From Marsupella aquatica (Eukaryota; Plantae; Marchantiophyta): a DNA stretch of 64,000 nt. The notes under the pieces were generated by a model, which made no database searches, had not been told where the DNA came from, and saw only the letters and a program-made list of their open reading frames with translations. Position 1 is the stretch's first letter, and the number at the start of each line of letters is the position of its first letter. Positions 36,571-47,712 of the stretch are shown here, piece after piece. The DNA is taken from assembly GCA_973895155.1 (NCBI GenBank), contig OZ316896.1, positions 372,001 to 436,000 on the forward strand, given 5' to 3'. Position numbers and translations under genes: made by a program.

Positions 36571-39500
36571 AAATACAGGCAAACTCATTCCCTATATGCT
36601 GCAAAAAGCTTAAAAATGTCATTGTTGCAAAAATGTCATCATTTTGGTTATTATTGTGAACATGTTATTGTTGAGGAGGATAAAGGTGAGAACATGGAGA
36701 TGCAAGATGGGTGACAGTGGCCATTACATCACAAAGTTGTAGCATGATCACCCCAAAAAATGATGCAATTTCTATTAAAATTAATATTCTTAATACATAA
36801 ATATATACATGCTTATCTTTTTAATGGGGGCAGGAAAATACAGAATTATCTCACTTTATCCCTTTCTCTATTTTTCCCTACCCTTTTCATTCTCCTCTTC
36901 CTCAATTATTTGTTCCTTGTTTTTTCTAGCCCTCCCTTCTTTTTTTCTCCATGCCAATTTCTCTTTACCTTCTCCCTCATCTTTGGATAGTGCTTTATCT
37001 TTATATTTTTGTGAGAGTATAATATAATCATTGCACCCTTGTTGAGTTGTAGTCCCCATGGGAGAGTAAAAAAGACAATCTAATACAATTCATAATTGTA
37101 CTCTCAAGTGTAGTTGTTCTTGTTCTCACATAGGCTATTGCACTGTCACTCTGTGTTTATGTGTACAAAAAATAACCAAACAGCTAAAAAAATCACCCAA
37201 CGATCTAACGACTGTTATTCAGTCCCACCCAAAATGCATTTTGTAACGGGACCAAGGACTAAAATGAGTGGGATTCAATATTGTAGATGTAGATTTATTA
37301 TTGAAGAGACCATATGTAATTGTTTTGGGGTTGTTGTGTGGTGCAGCTCATTTTTCCTTAGGGGAAGGGAGGGGCAACATTTTTTTAAATAGGAAAGTCA
37401 ATTAATGTGTGTGAGAAGGTGTGATTAGTTTTGGGTTGGTAGTGGCATGTATGGGGATGCAAGGCAATTATTTACGTGGCCCCCCCTTGAGACTTGCCAA
37501 TCTCTCATCACGATTGGATCCACCTCTCAATTTATTGATTATCCTATTAAATTTTGCTTTTGAATTCCTTTCATGTCGTTCCCCCCTCTTGCCTTCCTTT
37601 TGCCAATCCCGGGGTCCTCACTTATTTCCTTCCAACCCATCACGCGCGAATAAGTATAGGGTTTTTTAATTCAATTTTGCAGAATACTTAAGAAGTTTTG
37701 TTGAAGAACTTTAGGGGTTGAGAAATACATATTGCAACTTAGAATTATAATAGGGGTGCTAAAAACCTCACTTCTTCAAATTAAGTTGTTAGTTTAAGAT
37801 AGGGCATTTTAAGAGAGGCCATATATGAGGAACACGTGTCAGTTTTTAATTGGTACACGTGGCACTTCCTTATGTACTTTAATAGGTTGTAGGGTTTGGG
37901 GGAAAAATGGGGGTTCTGTGGTGCGGTGAGACTTTGAGGGAAAATTTTGAATTATGTGGGCGGGAGATACTGGTGGCTTGGTGGACCATGATGGGGAAGG
38001 GAGGGGTTAGGGTAGGTGGGAGGGTGGGAAGTGTTGGGGCCTTTAGGGCCATGCATTCGATCCATCCATCCATCCATTAGTTGGGCATCCAATGGTTGAG
38101 CGTTGCCTGGCTGTTTAGGGCAAATGTGAGACCGTTGGAGAGGATTGCGCCTTGTGAACGCTACGGAGTGTGCAGGGTGAGCCATGGACCGAGGGGCTAG
38201 GTGTTGCTTTGATCTTTTTCGAAGGAAATGCATGCTGAAACTAGCCGGGCTGCTGCAATCGTGATCGATGTGAGCTGGGGGTCGGGGTCTAGGCATTGCT
38301 TCGAGCATTTCTTGAAGGAAAGTTTACACACAGACTGGGCACTACGGATCTATTGATGGAAGGTGGCAGCTTCGAGTGTAATTGAGGGACGTCGCGAGTG
38401 TGACTAAGGTTGCAGCTGAAGTTGATCGGGACTAGATTGAAAGTGATTGGGCGACTGCGGGCACTGTGGGTGTGATCAAGTTGGCTGCTGGTGGGATTGA
38501 TGTGCAAACTTCAATCACAGCCGCAACATTGATTCAAGTTGTTTTGAAGGAATTTTTTACACACAAGCTGGGCAAGTCTGCGGTTGTGATAGAGGTGTAG
38601 CTGAAGTTGGGGCTGAGTGAAGTTGGCTGCGCGAATGTGGGTGTTGCAACTTAGTTTGATGAAGGCGCGTTGTACATGAACAAGTGAAAAATGCACAGGG
38701 TGAGACGGGGGTCGAGGCTGTGCACTACCGCAAACATTTTTGAGAGGAATGCACACAGATTGGGTGTTGCAGCTGCAATTGAGACCTTGGGCAATATGTG
38801 CAATGGAGTGAGATCGGGGTGCGCTGCTACTGTGATGTCCAAGTGAGGTTGGGGTACGCTGCTACTGCGATTGAGTTGGTAGGGGTGCGTTGGAGCTGCT
38901 ACTGCGATTGTTGATTGAAGTTTGGGTGACCAGTCTGTTGCTGAGTTGCGATTGAGTCACGGTTTACTGTTGCTGTGATTGATCAAGCGGAGGTCAGGGT
39001 GTGCTATTGCGCTGCGTTGCTTGCAAATCCGCATCAAATCAAGATTGAGTGGAGGTTGGGGTGTGCTGCTGTATTGCGCTGCATTGCTGGCTGCTCAAGT
39101 GAAGGTCGAGTGAAGATTGAGTGAGTTTCTGTTGCTGTGATTGAGTCGAGGTGGGGTGATACAAGCTTCGCTGTGTTGCTGGCTGCAAACAAGTTCATAG
39201 AAGGTGTGGTTGAGTGGTTTGCTGGTGCTGCAATTGAGTGGAGGTGGGCTGATTTGAGCTACGCTGATCAAGCTCCGCCCTGAAGTCCAAGTGCAAGTAA
39301 GCTGCCTGATCAAGCTCTGCTCTAGGCTCGCCTGGGTGACTGTGTTGTGTCATGCTTTGACTGCATCTGGTGGAGTTCTCACTCACTTTCCTACTACTTT
39401 AATTTGATCTTTAGACTACATTGTAGTCAATGCTTGGTTTCTTTGCTAGATAGTGCTGTAATCTTTGTGTCTCGTTTGCTCTCAAGTTCCCGATTGACTT

Positions 39501-40621
39501 TGCATGCAGGAAGCCCTATGTACTGTTCTTTTGTTTAGAAGCCAGCTATTTGATGCAACTATTCTAGTGATGTTGGCATGGCCAAAGGAGGACTGGCCTG
39601 AATGCCCACAATAAGTATTATAGCTTAGGGTGGGCGTAGTTCTTCTTCCACCCTCTGGAGTACTGTATGGGGATTCTATTTGCACATGGTTCTTTTTGCA
39701 TGGGACTGACTATATCATTCTTCCCAGAGTTGCTTTTGACTGTGAATAGCTAATCATTCATAGAACAATGCAGTGTTTAGAGCTCTCAAATAATCCATGA
39801 TATATGTACCTCCCCCTCTTTTGCAAGCACCCTGACTACATATTCAAGTGAAAAGAAATAGTACTTTACCATGTTCAACTATGCATTATTCGACTGAACT
39901 AGAAATAGACAATTGAAGGAAGAATCTAATAAGAATTAGATTAGTTGCTGAAAATAAGTCAAGAATCAAAAGCTTTCATTGACATTCAGTTGGCAATGTG
40001 TTGTGCAGCTTGTTCAAGAAGAGGACAGTGCTTGGTCTAGGGTCTGTGTAATTTTAGAACCTGGAATCAGTTCTTGCCAAGGTACGTTAAGTTGTGGCTC
40101 TTGTGTTGACAATGTTATTTCTTGGTTTATGCTCAGTTCTCCATGACTCTGCAATTGTTTACTGTCTGTACAACTAAGCTCTTTTGTACTCCTTTGTTGT
40201 GTCTGGTCTTAGTTATTGGATTTTTATGGTATACTTCATTTGCCTCTCTTAAGTCCTTAGTTTATGCATTTAGTCTCCTATTTGCTCTCTACCAGGGAAT
40301 GAATTTCCATTGGGAATGAACCTGGCCTCGGTTACACTCCTCGAGCTCAGTCACCTACATTTCTGATCAGTTTAAAATATGTTCTGAACTCTTCTTGCAG
40401 GATGGATTGGTTTCCTGATTGGTTTAGGGTGTAGGGGAAGTATTTCAGAAGCTTCAGCAATATACGTTCAAATCCAAAAATTGTGTACAGAGCAGACAAT
40501 CAAGGTAACTAATTATGCTTATCTTCAAGATGCTCAATTTGCAGTTGCACCAATAACTATGAATGTGCTGTTCAATGCTGAATGGATATCGAGGCAGGGG
40601 TTGAAATTGGATGCTAAGTGA

Positions 40622-41334
40622 ATGGAGCATTTGTTGTGCACAGGTAAAATCATCATCAGACAAGCTGAGATGGCTTTAGATGTACCACGGATTGACATAT
40701 TTTCCCATAAGGAGCACCACCGCATGGATCCCCCTTGTTGTTTCTTCTGTGATGAGACAGATGATGTGGTATTTTGTGATGGTCCTTGTAGTAGACATTT
40801 TCACTTCGTTGGTGGAGAAGGTATGCAGGGGGCCATTTGCACTCCTGTCACATTGCCTGAAAACAATGACTGGAGGGCACCCTGGGTTTGTCAACTGTGT
40901 GCTGCCGGTAGAGCTAGATGCTTTGCTTGTGGACTCATTGGCAGATTTGAAAATCCCACAACACAAGAATCTCTTGTGCTCCACTGTGCCCACCCTCATT
41001 GCTTTTCTCATTACCACCCTGGCTGCCTTAGGGTGCTACTTATGGTTGGGGCACTGCCTCATAGGTCTCATCCAGCAAGTCCTAAAAACCTAATGTGCCC
41101 AAGGCATTTTGTGACTACTGTAAAGTCTACAAGGATGGGATTAAAGACTTTGTACAGTGTCGCAGATGCCCTCGCAGTTGGTGTCATGATGAGACACCTT
41201 GGGGGGTGAAACACCTTAGGAGGTGTGTGAAGGGTAGGGACCATTGGGATGTGGAAGGGTGACATTTTATTTATTGTCACAGGCATGCAATACCTGAGGG
41301 GGAATTGGTTCCTATGCAGCCTCATACCTCTTAG
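40622..41334 (+). pseudogene. EDM2/NSD-type composite PHD-finger domain, intronless, with a 1-nt deletion at 41107-41110 and an in-frame TGA at 41260
   Basis: CFFCDETDDVVFCDGPCSRHFH..C..WVCQLC..CFACG..LHCAHPHCFSHYHPGCL..LMCPRHF, then in the shifted frame CDYC..FVQCRRCPRSW..HWDVEG*HFIYCHRHAIPEGELVP..H. This follows the Cys/His spacing of the plant EDM2 PHD region as I recall it. Confidence 0.75.
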
Positions 41335-41609
41335 AGGCTGTGAGAAATATTGCTAGAATTTCTTTGCTAGAGGCCTTATAACATGAGTAATCACATGTGA
41401 ACAATGATAACAAGATTTTGTTTTTGTTGGTCTCCAAATTTGGAGATCAAAAGCTTTTTTGAACTATTTTGGAGTAATCTCTAATACTCTTTGTATTGTT
41501 TTGTTCACTGTGCTATATGGCAGGTTCAGTCTATATGGGAGGTTCTTTACGTGACTGTGATTGTATTTAGAACCCTTGATCACTCTCTAACTTGAACAAA
41601 TTGATTGAA

Positions 41610-44600
41610 ATGGCTGCCCAGTTTGTAAAATTACTTCACAAAAAAAGGGATGTGGTCACTGATGGGAAAGATGAAGAACCTATAGCTGTGTTGGCCTTCA
41701 AAGAAGGACAAACTTTAGCTGATTTTCGAAGTCGAATTCCTGATTTGGTTGATTTTGATTTTGATTTCTGGGATTATAGACTTCCTGGTCGCATGAAGGT
41801 CAAGAGTGAGAAAATGACTGAGTTGTCTGAATTGGATGGGAAAGTTGCTGTCATTGAACAAATAGGATCCTTGCCGACTGGTAGAACACAGTTTCCATCA
41901 GTATCTCCTGCTGTCACCCAATCGGTTGTAGTGGACTCTTCACAAGGTGAACAGCTTCAAGAAGCTCCCCCTATGAGAGCTTCTTTTGAGTCTCTTCTCA
42001 TGTCTCAGGCGGCTGTCAAAGTCTGGAATGATGAATATATAAGACTAGAGAAGTGGATTCACAAGAATGGTTATAAAGCTCATAATTGGAGAATTCGAAC
42101 TTGGGATGAAGGACAGGATGTGAGAGGCCATCTGGAGTGTCTTGAATGTAGAGTGATCTATGGGAGGGCAGACAATTCACAAGATAAGAAGTCAGTTGCT
42201 AATTTGTTCAACAATTTTAAGACCAAGCACCTTGCCTTTGCTAAACACAAAGACAATTACTGCAGGAGAAGGGGCATTGCTATGACTGGGGTCAAGCCCT
42301 CAGATCTTGCACAGAAGCCTGAGTTTGATTATGAGGGGGCCATAGCAACTGGCCTAGAGATAGTCCAGACTCTGAATGTTGAGTGTGGAGGTGATGATGA
42401 GCTATTTCATGTGCCCCCTGTGCCTGGTTTAGCCAATAATGCAAACAAGTGGTTCCTGTATAAGGTCAGGTGTAAGGTTTGTGGGGCAATCATGGATCTG
42501 GTTTGTAAGAAGGGGACTTTGGATCACAACCTGAGGACACACTTGGTCAGTCGGGGTCACCTGGATGTAGTTGAAGCCAGAGAGAATACTGCTGAACTTG
42601 CATTGAGATCTGGAAAGAGGGGCAGACCAAGGAAGCCAGATGAGAGGGATCAACATCCTTCCCAGAATTCAATTTTAAAATTTTTCAAGGAGGATGCTTC
42701 CAATGCAAGCAGCAGCTCTGGCACAGGTGGGTCTGTAGACATCGATATGGGCCTAAGTTTGCTCTGTTGGGGAATATGGGATGAATATGTAGAGTGGAAG
42801 AATGTGAAGTATGTTGTGAAGGGTATCTTGCAGGATCAGCATGGAGGACATGTATGGAATGTGAATGCCACAGTCTCTGTTGATGTCTACAATCCTAATA
42901 CAAATTCTATTGTACATATAGAAAGACTATTTAGGCATAAACAGTGTTGTAGGCTGTCCTTGTATGGTGGAGGGTTTCTGAACTTAACTTGCAGTAGATG
43001 TCATGCTATAACACTAGAAGATGACTTTCGTGGGCGGGTGCACAGGGAAGCGGAGGCTTTAGCAAAGAGAGGGGAAAGAAGCACAGAGGGTGGTTTGAAT
43101 GCACGTTACTTGACACGTCCAGAGTTGACCACACAGATGCATGGTCTCAATGTCAAAAGAAGAAAAGAGAGATGGTTGTTGGCATTACAAACTCAGAAAG
43201 TGTGTGCCCTTAGTACTAGGAAGAGAAAATTGCAAGAACTGTTAGGAGTAGCTGCAGACAGAAAAGATTTGAGACTTTTCCTAAGGAGTATAGTCAATGG
43301 ACATAGGAATGGTGCATTTGGTGGAAAAGAAGGTCTGTGGGATTTTCTGAAAGATGTAGGTAGAAATTTGGAGAGAAGTGCAAGGGGGTTTCGTTACAGT
43401 CAGAAAACAAAAGCCATAGCTCAGGCTATGTTTCAATATGGGGGCCGGCAGGTGGCCCATGTTTTTGCAAGGAACTTAGCTGGGCCAAGCCTGAAGACAC
43501 TAAAACGAGATAGAGCAAAATTTGTTCAATTTCGTGCTGGAATCAGGCCAGAAACATTCAAGGAGGTGGCTCGAATTCTGTCTGCTGCAAAGGAGATATT
43601 GGGAATTGAAGGAGATGTACCTGTCATGCTTGCAGAGGATGAAACCAGGATCAAGGAAAGCCCAAGGTATGTTTGCATATTATAGCACATAATGATGCAA
43701 TTGAAGGTGAAGATTATTTGTGATGCATAGTTTTACCAATTCTTTGAAATTGACTTGGTTTTCATTGGGCTCTCTACAGGTGGGAGGCCAAATATGACAC
43801 TTTGATTGGTTTTTGTGGCCATAAGGATGGGCATACTTGTGAATTTGGATTAGAAATTCTTGTAGGTGATGGTGAGGATGGCTATAACAAGATTGTAAAT
43901 ACATTTGAGGATTTTAACAAGGGAATGTATGCTAGAGTTGTCATTGTGAATCCATTGCATGTTGGAATGCCAAAGTTGGCCCTCTGTGCTATATCAACAT
44001 GTAACAAGTTCAAGGCAGAATGGGTTAGAGAGCACTGGAAGCAATTACAAGAATCTTGGGATCTACATTGCAGAGACTCTGTAGGTCCTTTGCTTGGGCA
44101 TGCTAGTGATGGTGATGCAAGGCGCAGGAAATTGATGTTAGAAGATTACATAGGAGCTAATGGGTCTTACCCTAGATTTTCTGTAGGGTGGGAAGGATGG
44201 CCTTACTCAGTTGCCATATTGCCTAATGGGGACCTGTATGGTTTTGGTGATCAAGACCAGCCTCACAATGGGAAAAAGCTTATTAACCCACTAGATCGAG
44301 TGTCCTCAATAATGGCACTTGGAGACCAACATGCTTCCCTGTTTCATGTCTGTAATGTGTACAATAACTATCCAATCCATCAACATGGATTGAATTGGGA
44401 TGATGTGAACAGATCGGACCGTCAAAACTGGGCTGGTCCCCAAAGGATAGCATCAGAAAAGGTGCGTGACTGTTTAGCAGATTTGCATGGAAGAATTGAT
44501 ATGTTGCATGAAAGAAGTTTGGGGACAGAGTTGTATCTGCAGATCTGTGCAGACTATATTGACATTTTCTACTCCCAGAGACATGACCTGAGGACTAGAG

Positions 44601-46183
44601 TGAAGCTGGCAGGTAAAGTTTCTTGGTTCTTTCGATTGTGGAGGTTGTGGTTGAGGTATGGTGATCATGCTGTAGGTGGAAATGTTGCTTCACATACAGA
44701 GAGAAATATGATATCAATCCAAGCTTTTCATGATGTTAACATGTCATGTCAGTTTATTGTATTGCTTATATGTGCATTTCGTGATAAGTTTTCTCACTTG
44801 TGTATTCCATTTCATGAGTTAGGTTCTGATTGTTGTGAGATATTTTTCAGCAAAGTAGGTGGAATGAGTGGCCACGAGAGGAATTATGATTTTGGCTCCT
44901 TGCTGGACAGTGCTGTAGGGTTAAATTGTCTTGCTGGATTAGAATGTGGACCAGAGGGCTTGAAAATAGCTCAATCACGTAAAAAGCAAGATCATGTATG
45001 GGCCAAGCTTCATCCTTTACTTGAAGGTGAAGATGCACCTAATCTTTTTTATTACTCTGAAGTGCAAACTAATGATTTGGTGGTTGCAGCCTTGAAAGAA
45101 GGTTTTGAAGAAGCAAGAGAGTTTCTTAGAAGGTTACAAATGTCTCCTAGAAGTGATCTGCCAGCAGCAAGAAAGCGATGGTGGACTCACCCTTGGGATG
45201 TGGAAGTTCATACATGGCCAGATTCAGCTATAATAGCAGAGGCAGTTATTGTTGACGATTCTGAAGAGCATGTAGAGCACAGATCTCCAATTGGACCTCG
45301 TCCAGAAGGAGATTTTCATGAATTTGAAGACCCTGAGGAAGATCTAAATCAAATTGATGCATGGTTGGCAGATGAGCTAACCAATCCTGATGATGTTTTG
45401 CAGGATGGGGTTGAGTTAGACATACCAGAAACTCATTCTGTGGAGGTAGATACTTTGGGGCATAAGGTTCGTCATGTGCTGTCTTCTGTTGTAGCTGAGT
45501 TTACACAGTCTTTTCAGAGCCCTCTACAGGAAAAGAAGAAGGTTTTGCCTACAGTTACATATGAGGGTAGAACAATTTACAAATCAACTTTGGTGAGTCA
45601 ATTAGTGGGCAACCCTCATTTGTCTAAAGATAGGCTGACAAGAGTAAAGCAAGTGGCATACTATAATCTTGGTAAGAGGAAACAATGTGATCTGAATACT
45701 GTGACTTGTTTTGTTGATGTTGGGAGTGATTGTGGAGTAGCATTTGAAAGTGCTAATGATGCAGGCCCTTCTACAAGATCAAAAAAGGGGAAAGGTAAGG
45801 GAAGAGGTAAATCTAGGATCCAAGAACCAGTAGTGCAAGTAAAGAAAGAATTTTGGCTTGGTCGGATTATGATGATGAGACAAAAAGTTAAGGGACAATG
45901 GACTAGAGTGAGATCTGCTATTGATTTGCTTGACAGACCAACACCTCCTCATGGACACGTAGGGAGTATTTGTCAGTTCTTGTTCAATTGGTATAAGCCA
46001 ACAAGCTCAAGCAAAGTTGAATTCACTTATGATACAACTGATTTACAATGGATTGATATAGAAATGGTGATGACTAATGTTACTCTAACCATGAAACAAG
46101 AGATTGGATTAGTGTATGTGTTAGATCGAGTTGATAAACAAGCTTTGGATACTTATTTGGAGACCATGTCTAGAGTTGAATGA
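41610..46183 (+). CDS. P-element/THAP9-like DDE transposase, 2 exons (41610-43666, 43780-46183), 1486 aa
   Basis: A GT..AG phase-2 intron (43667-43779) joins LAEDETRIKESPR/WEAKYDTLIGFCG in frame. Motifs: HTH-like GFRYSQKTK..AMFQYGG..LAGPSLKTL; catalytic candidates D (43638), ASDGD (44108) and SDCCEIFFS (E at 44837); DxxH motif DQPHNGKK..NPL; DRQNWAGPQRIAS and DYIDIFYS. N-terminal C2H2-like zinc fingers and an AT-hook KRGRPRK. No premature stops. Confidence 0.85.
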
Positions 46184-46763
46184 TTTTCATGCATCAATAG
46201 TCATGGTAGTAGTTTTAGTATGTATAGGGGATAGGTTAGGGGAATAGGCTAGGGGGTGGCAGATTTGGATACTTGAGCTTCTTGCTCAATCAAGGGTTCA
46301 ATTCCCCTCTGCCACACTCACCATTCAGATTCTTCACTCAATTCCTTTTTGGTGTACCTACCTTTCACATCAGACAAGCACAACAGATTGCAATATGAAT
46401 AACTCATACTGTATATTGCTGAAGCTTCTACTAGAATTGGTATTCTTAGTGGAAGCATTAACACTATATACTATCAGTTTTCCATGAGATATGGATGCCT
46501 AAGGAGCACATTAGGGTTCAAATAAGCTTGACGAAGACCCAAATAAGGTGCGCATTTGAATGAACTTTTCTTTTCTTACTAAGGGGTGTTTAATTCACAA
46601 CAAAACTTTACTTAACTATTTTTAGGGGTCAAAATGTTAGGATTTGGAATTCTTATAAGTATGATAGGGAAGGGGAAAAAAAAATTTACTTAATAAGTTA
46701 GGGGTGCAAGGGTCCAAAACGTCGAGCGTGATATGGGGGTCTCTGTATACTGAGGCCCCCGTG

Positions 46764-46879
46764 TGCTCGACCTCTTTTCCTCACCTTGAAATGTTTTTCT
46801 CTCCTTGACATCTATTTCTCACCTCAACATCTTTTTCTCACCTCAACTTCTTCTATGCAACGCATGGGCATTGGGCTAG
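46764..46879 (+). mobile_element. Truncated Helitron-like 3' end abutting the P-like element
   Basis: TTCTCACCTCAACATC repeats, then hairpin CTATGCAACGCATGG, then CTAG|T (46876-46880). Same family as 34635-36570. Confidence 0.6.
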
Positions 46880-47365
46880 TTTTTTTCATAAAAAAATCCT
46901 TTTTTTATTTTCTTTTTGTGTGTTTTGTATATTTGTATTTTTTGGTGATTTTTATATTTCCTCATTTGTATTTTGTATTTTTTTCATCATGGGCAGGCAC
47001 TTCAGCTTGAGTAGGTGGGCAAGGAAGGGCACAACAGGCAAGGTGGGGCAGGCCTTGTTCTAGGCGTGGAGGGCATGTACTGGCATATGTGAATCCAGGC
47101 CCATGTAGTGGACGAGGAGGAGGGTGTACTTTCCCTGCGAGGTAAGGATGTGTCCGCCAGGGGTAGAAGTGCAAGGCAGGCAAGGAGGGTGCATAGAGGG
47201 ACTCATTTTGTCTGATCTAATGGTTGAGAAAAAACTGCCAGGAAATGAATATTGATGATCAGTCCAGCCCAAATCTTATTTTGTAAGTGGATATAGGCTG
47301 CTACGCAGCCAAAGGTTAAGTAAGCTAAGGTCAGGCCCAACTGCTGTTGAATTCCTGAAATTTTA

Positions 47366-47712
47366 GAGGAATTCAATGATGTGCTCTCGCAGAAGCTACC
47401 TAAAGGTTTACCCTCGCGGAGGGAAGTGGATCACCAAGTTGAGTTGGAGCCAGGTTCGGCTCCTCAGGCTAAAGCTCCTTATCATCTGAACCTGAACGAA
47501 CGAATGATGTTGAAGAACGCCTTGGAAGAGTTGATCTACCAAGGGTTCATTCGTCCTAGCAAGAGTCCTTATGGGGCGCCCGCGCTGTTTGTGTCTAAAA
47601 AGGATGGTACTTTGAGATTGTGCACAGATTATCGGGCCCTCAATAAGCAAATGGTAAAGAACAAGTACCCGTTACCTCATATGAATGACCTCTTCGATTA
47701 CTTCTCCGGGGC
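47366..47712 (+). pseudogene. Ty3/gypsy (chromovirus-like) reverse transcriptase N-terminal fragment
   Basis: [75 protein letters not shown]; ends before the YxDD motif. Confidence 0.88.

Larger units (their letters stand above)
37608..46763 (+). mobile_element. P-element-like (P/THAP9 superfamily) DNA transposon, ~9.2 kb, carrying an EDM2-like PHD ORF
   Basis: Bipartite inverted ends: left CCCGGGGTCCTCA-N18-ATCACGCGCGA (37608-37649); right, as reverse complement, CACGGGGGCCTCA-N18-ATCACGCTCGA (46763-46722). They enclose a P-type transposase gene. No clean TSD. Confidence 0.75.

Noticed and set aside
35674-36588. ORFs of 68-113 aa in the minisatellite region
   Set aside because: Translations of simple repeats inside Helitron-like elements.
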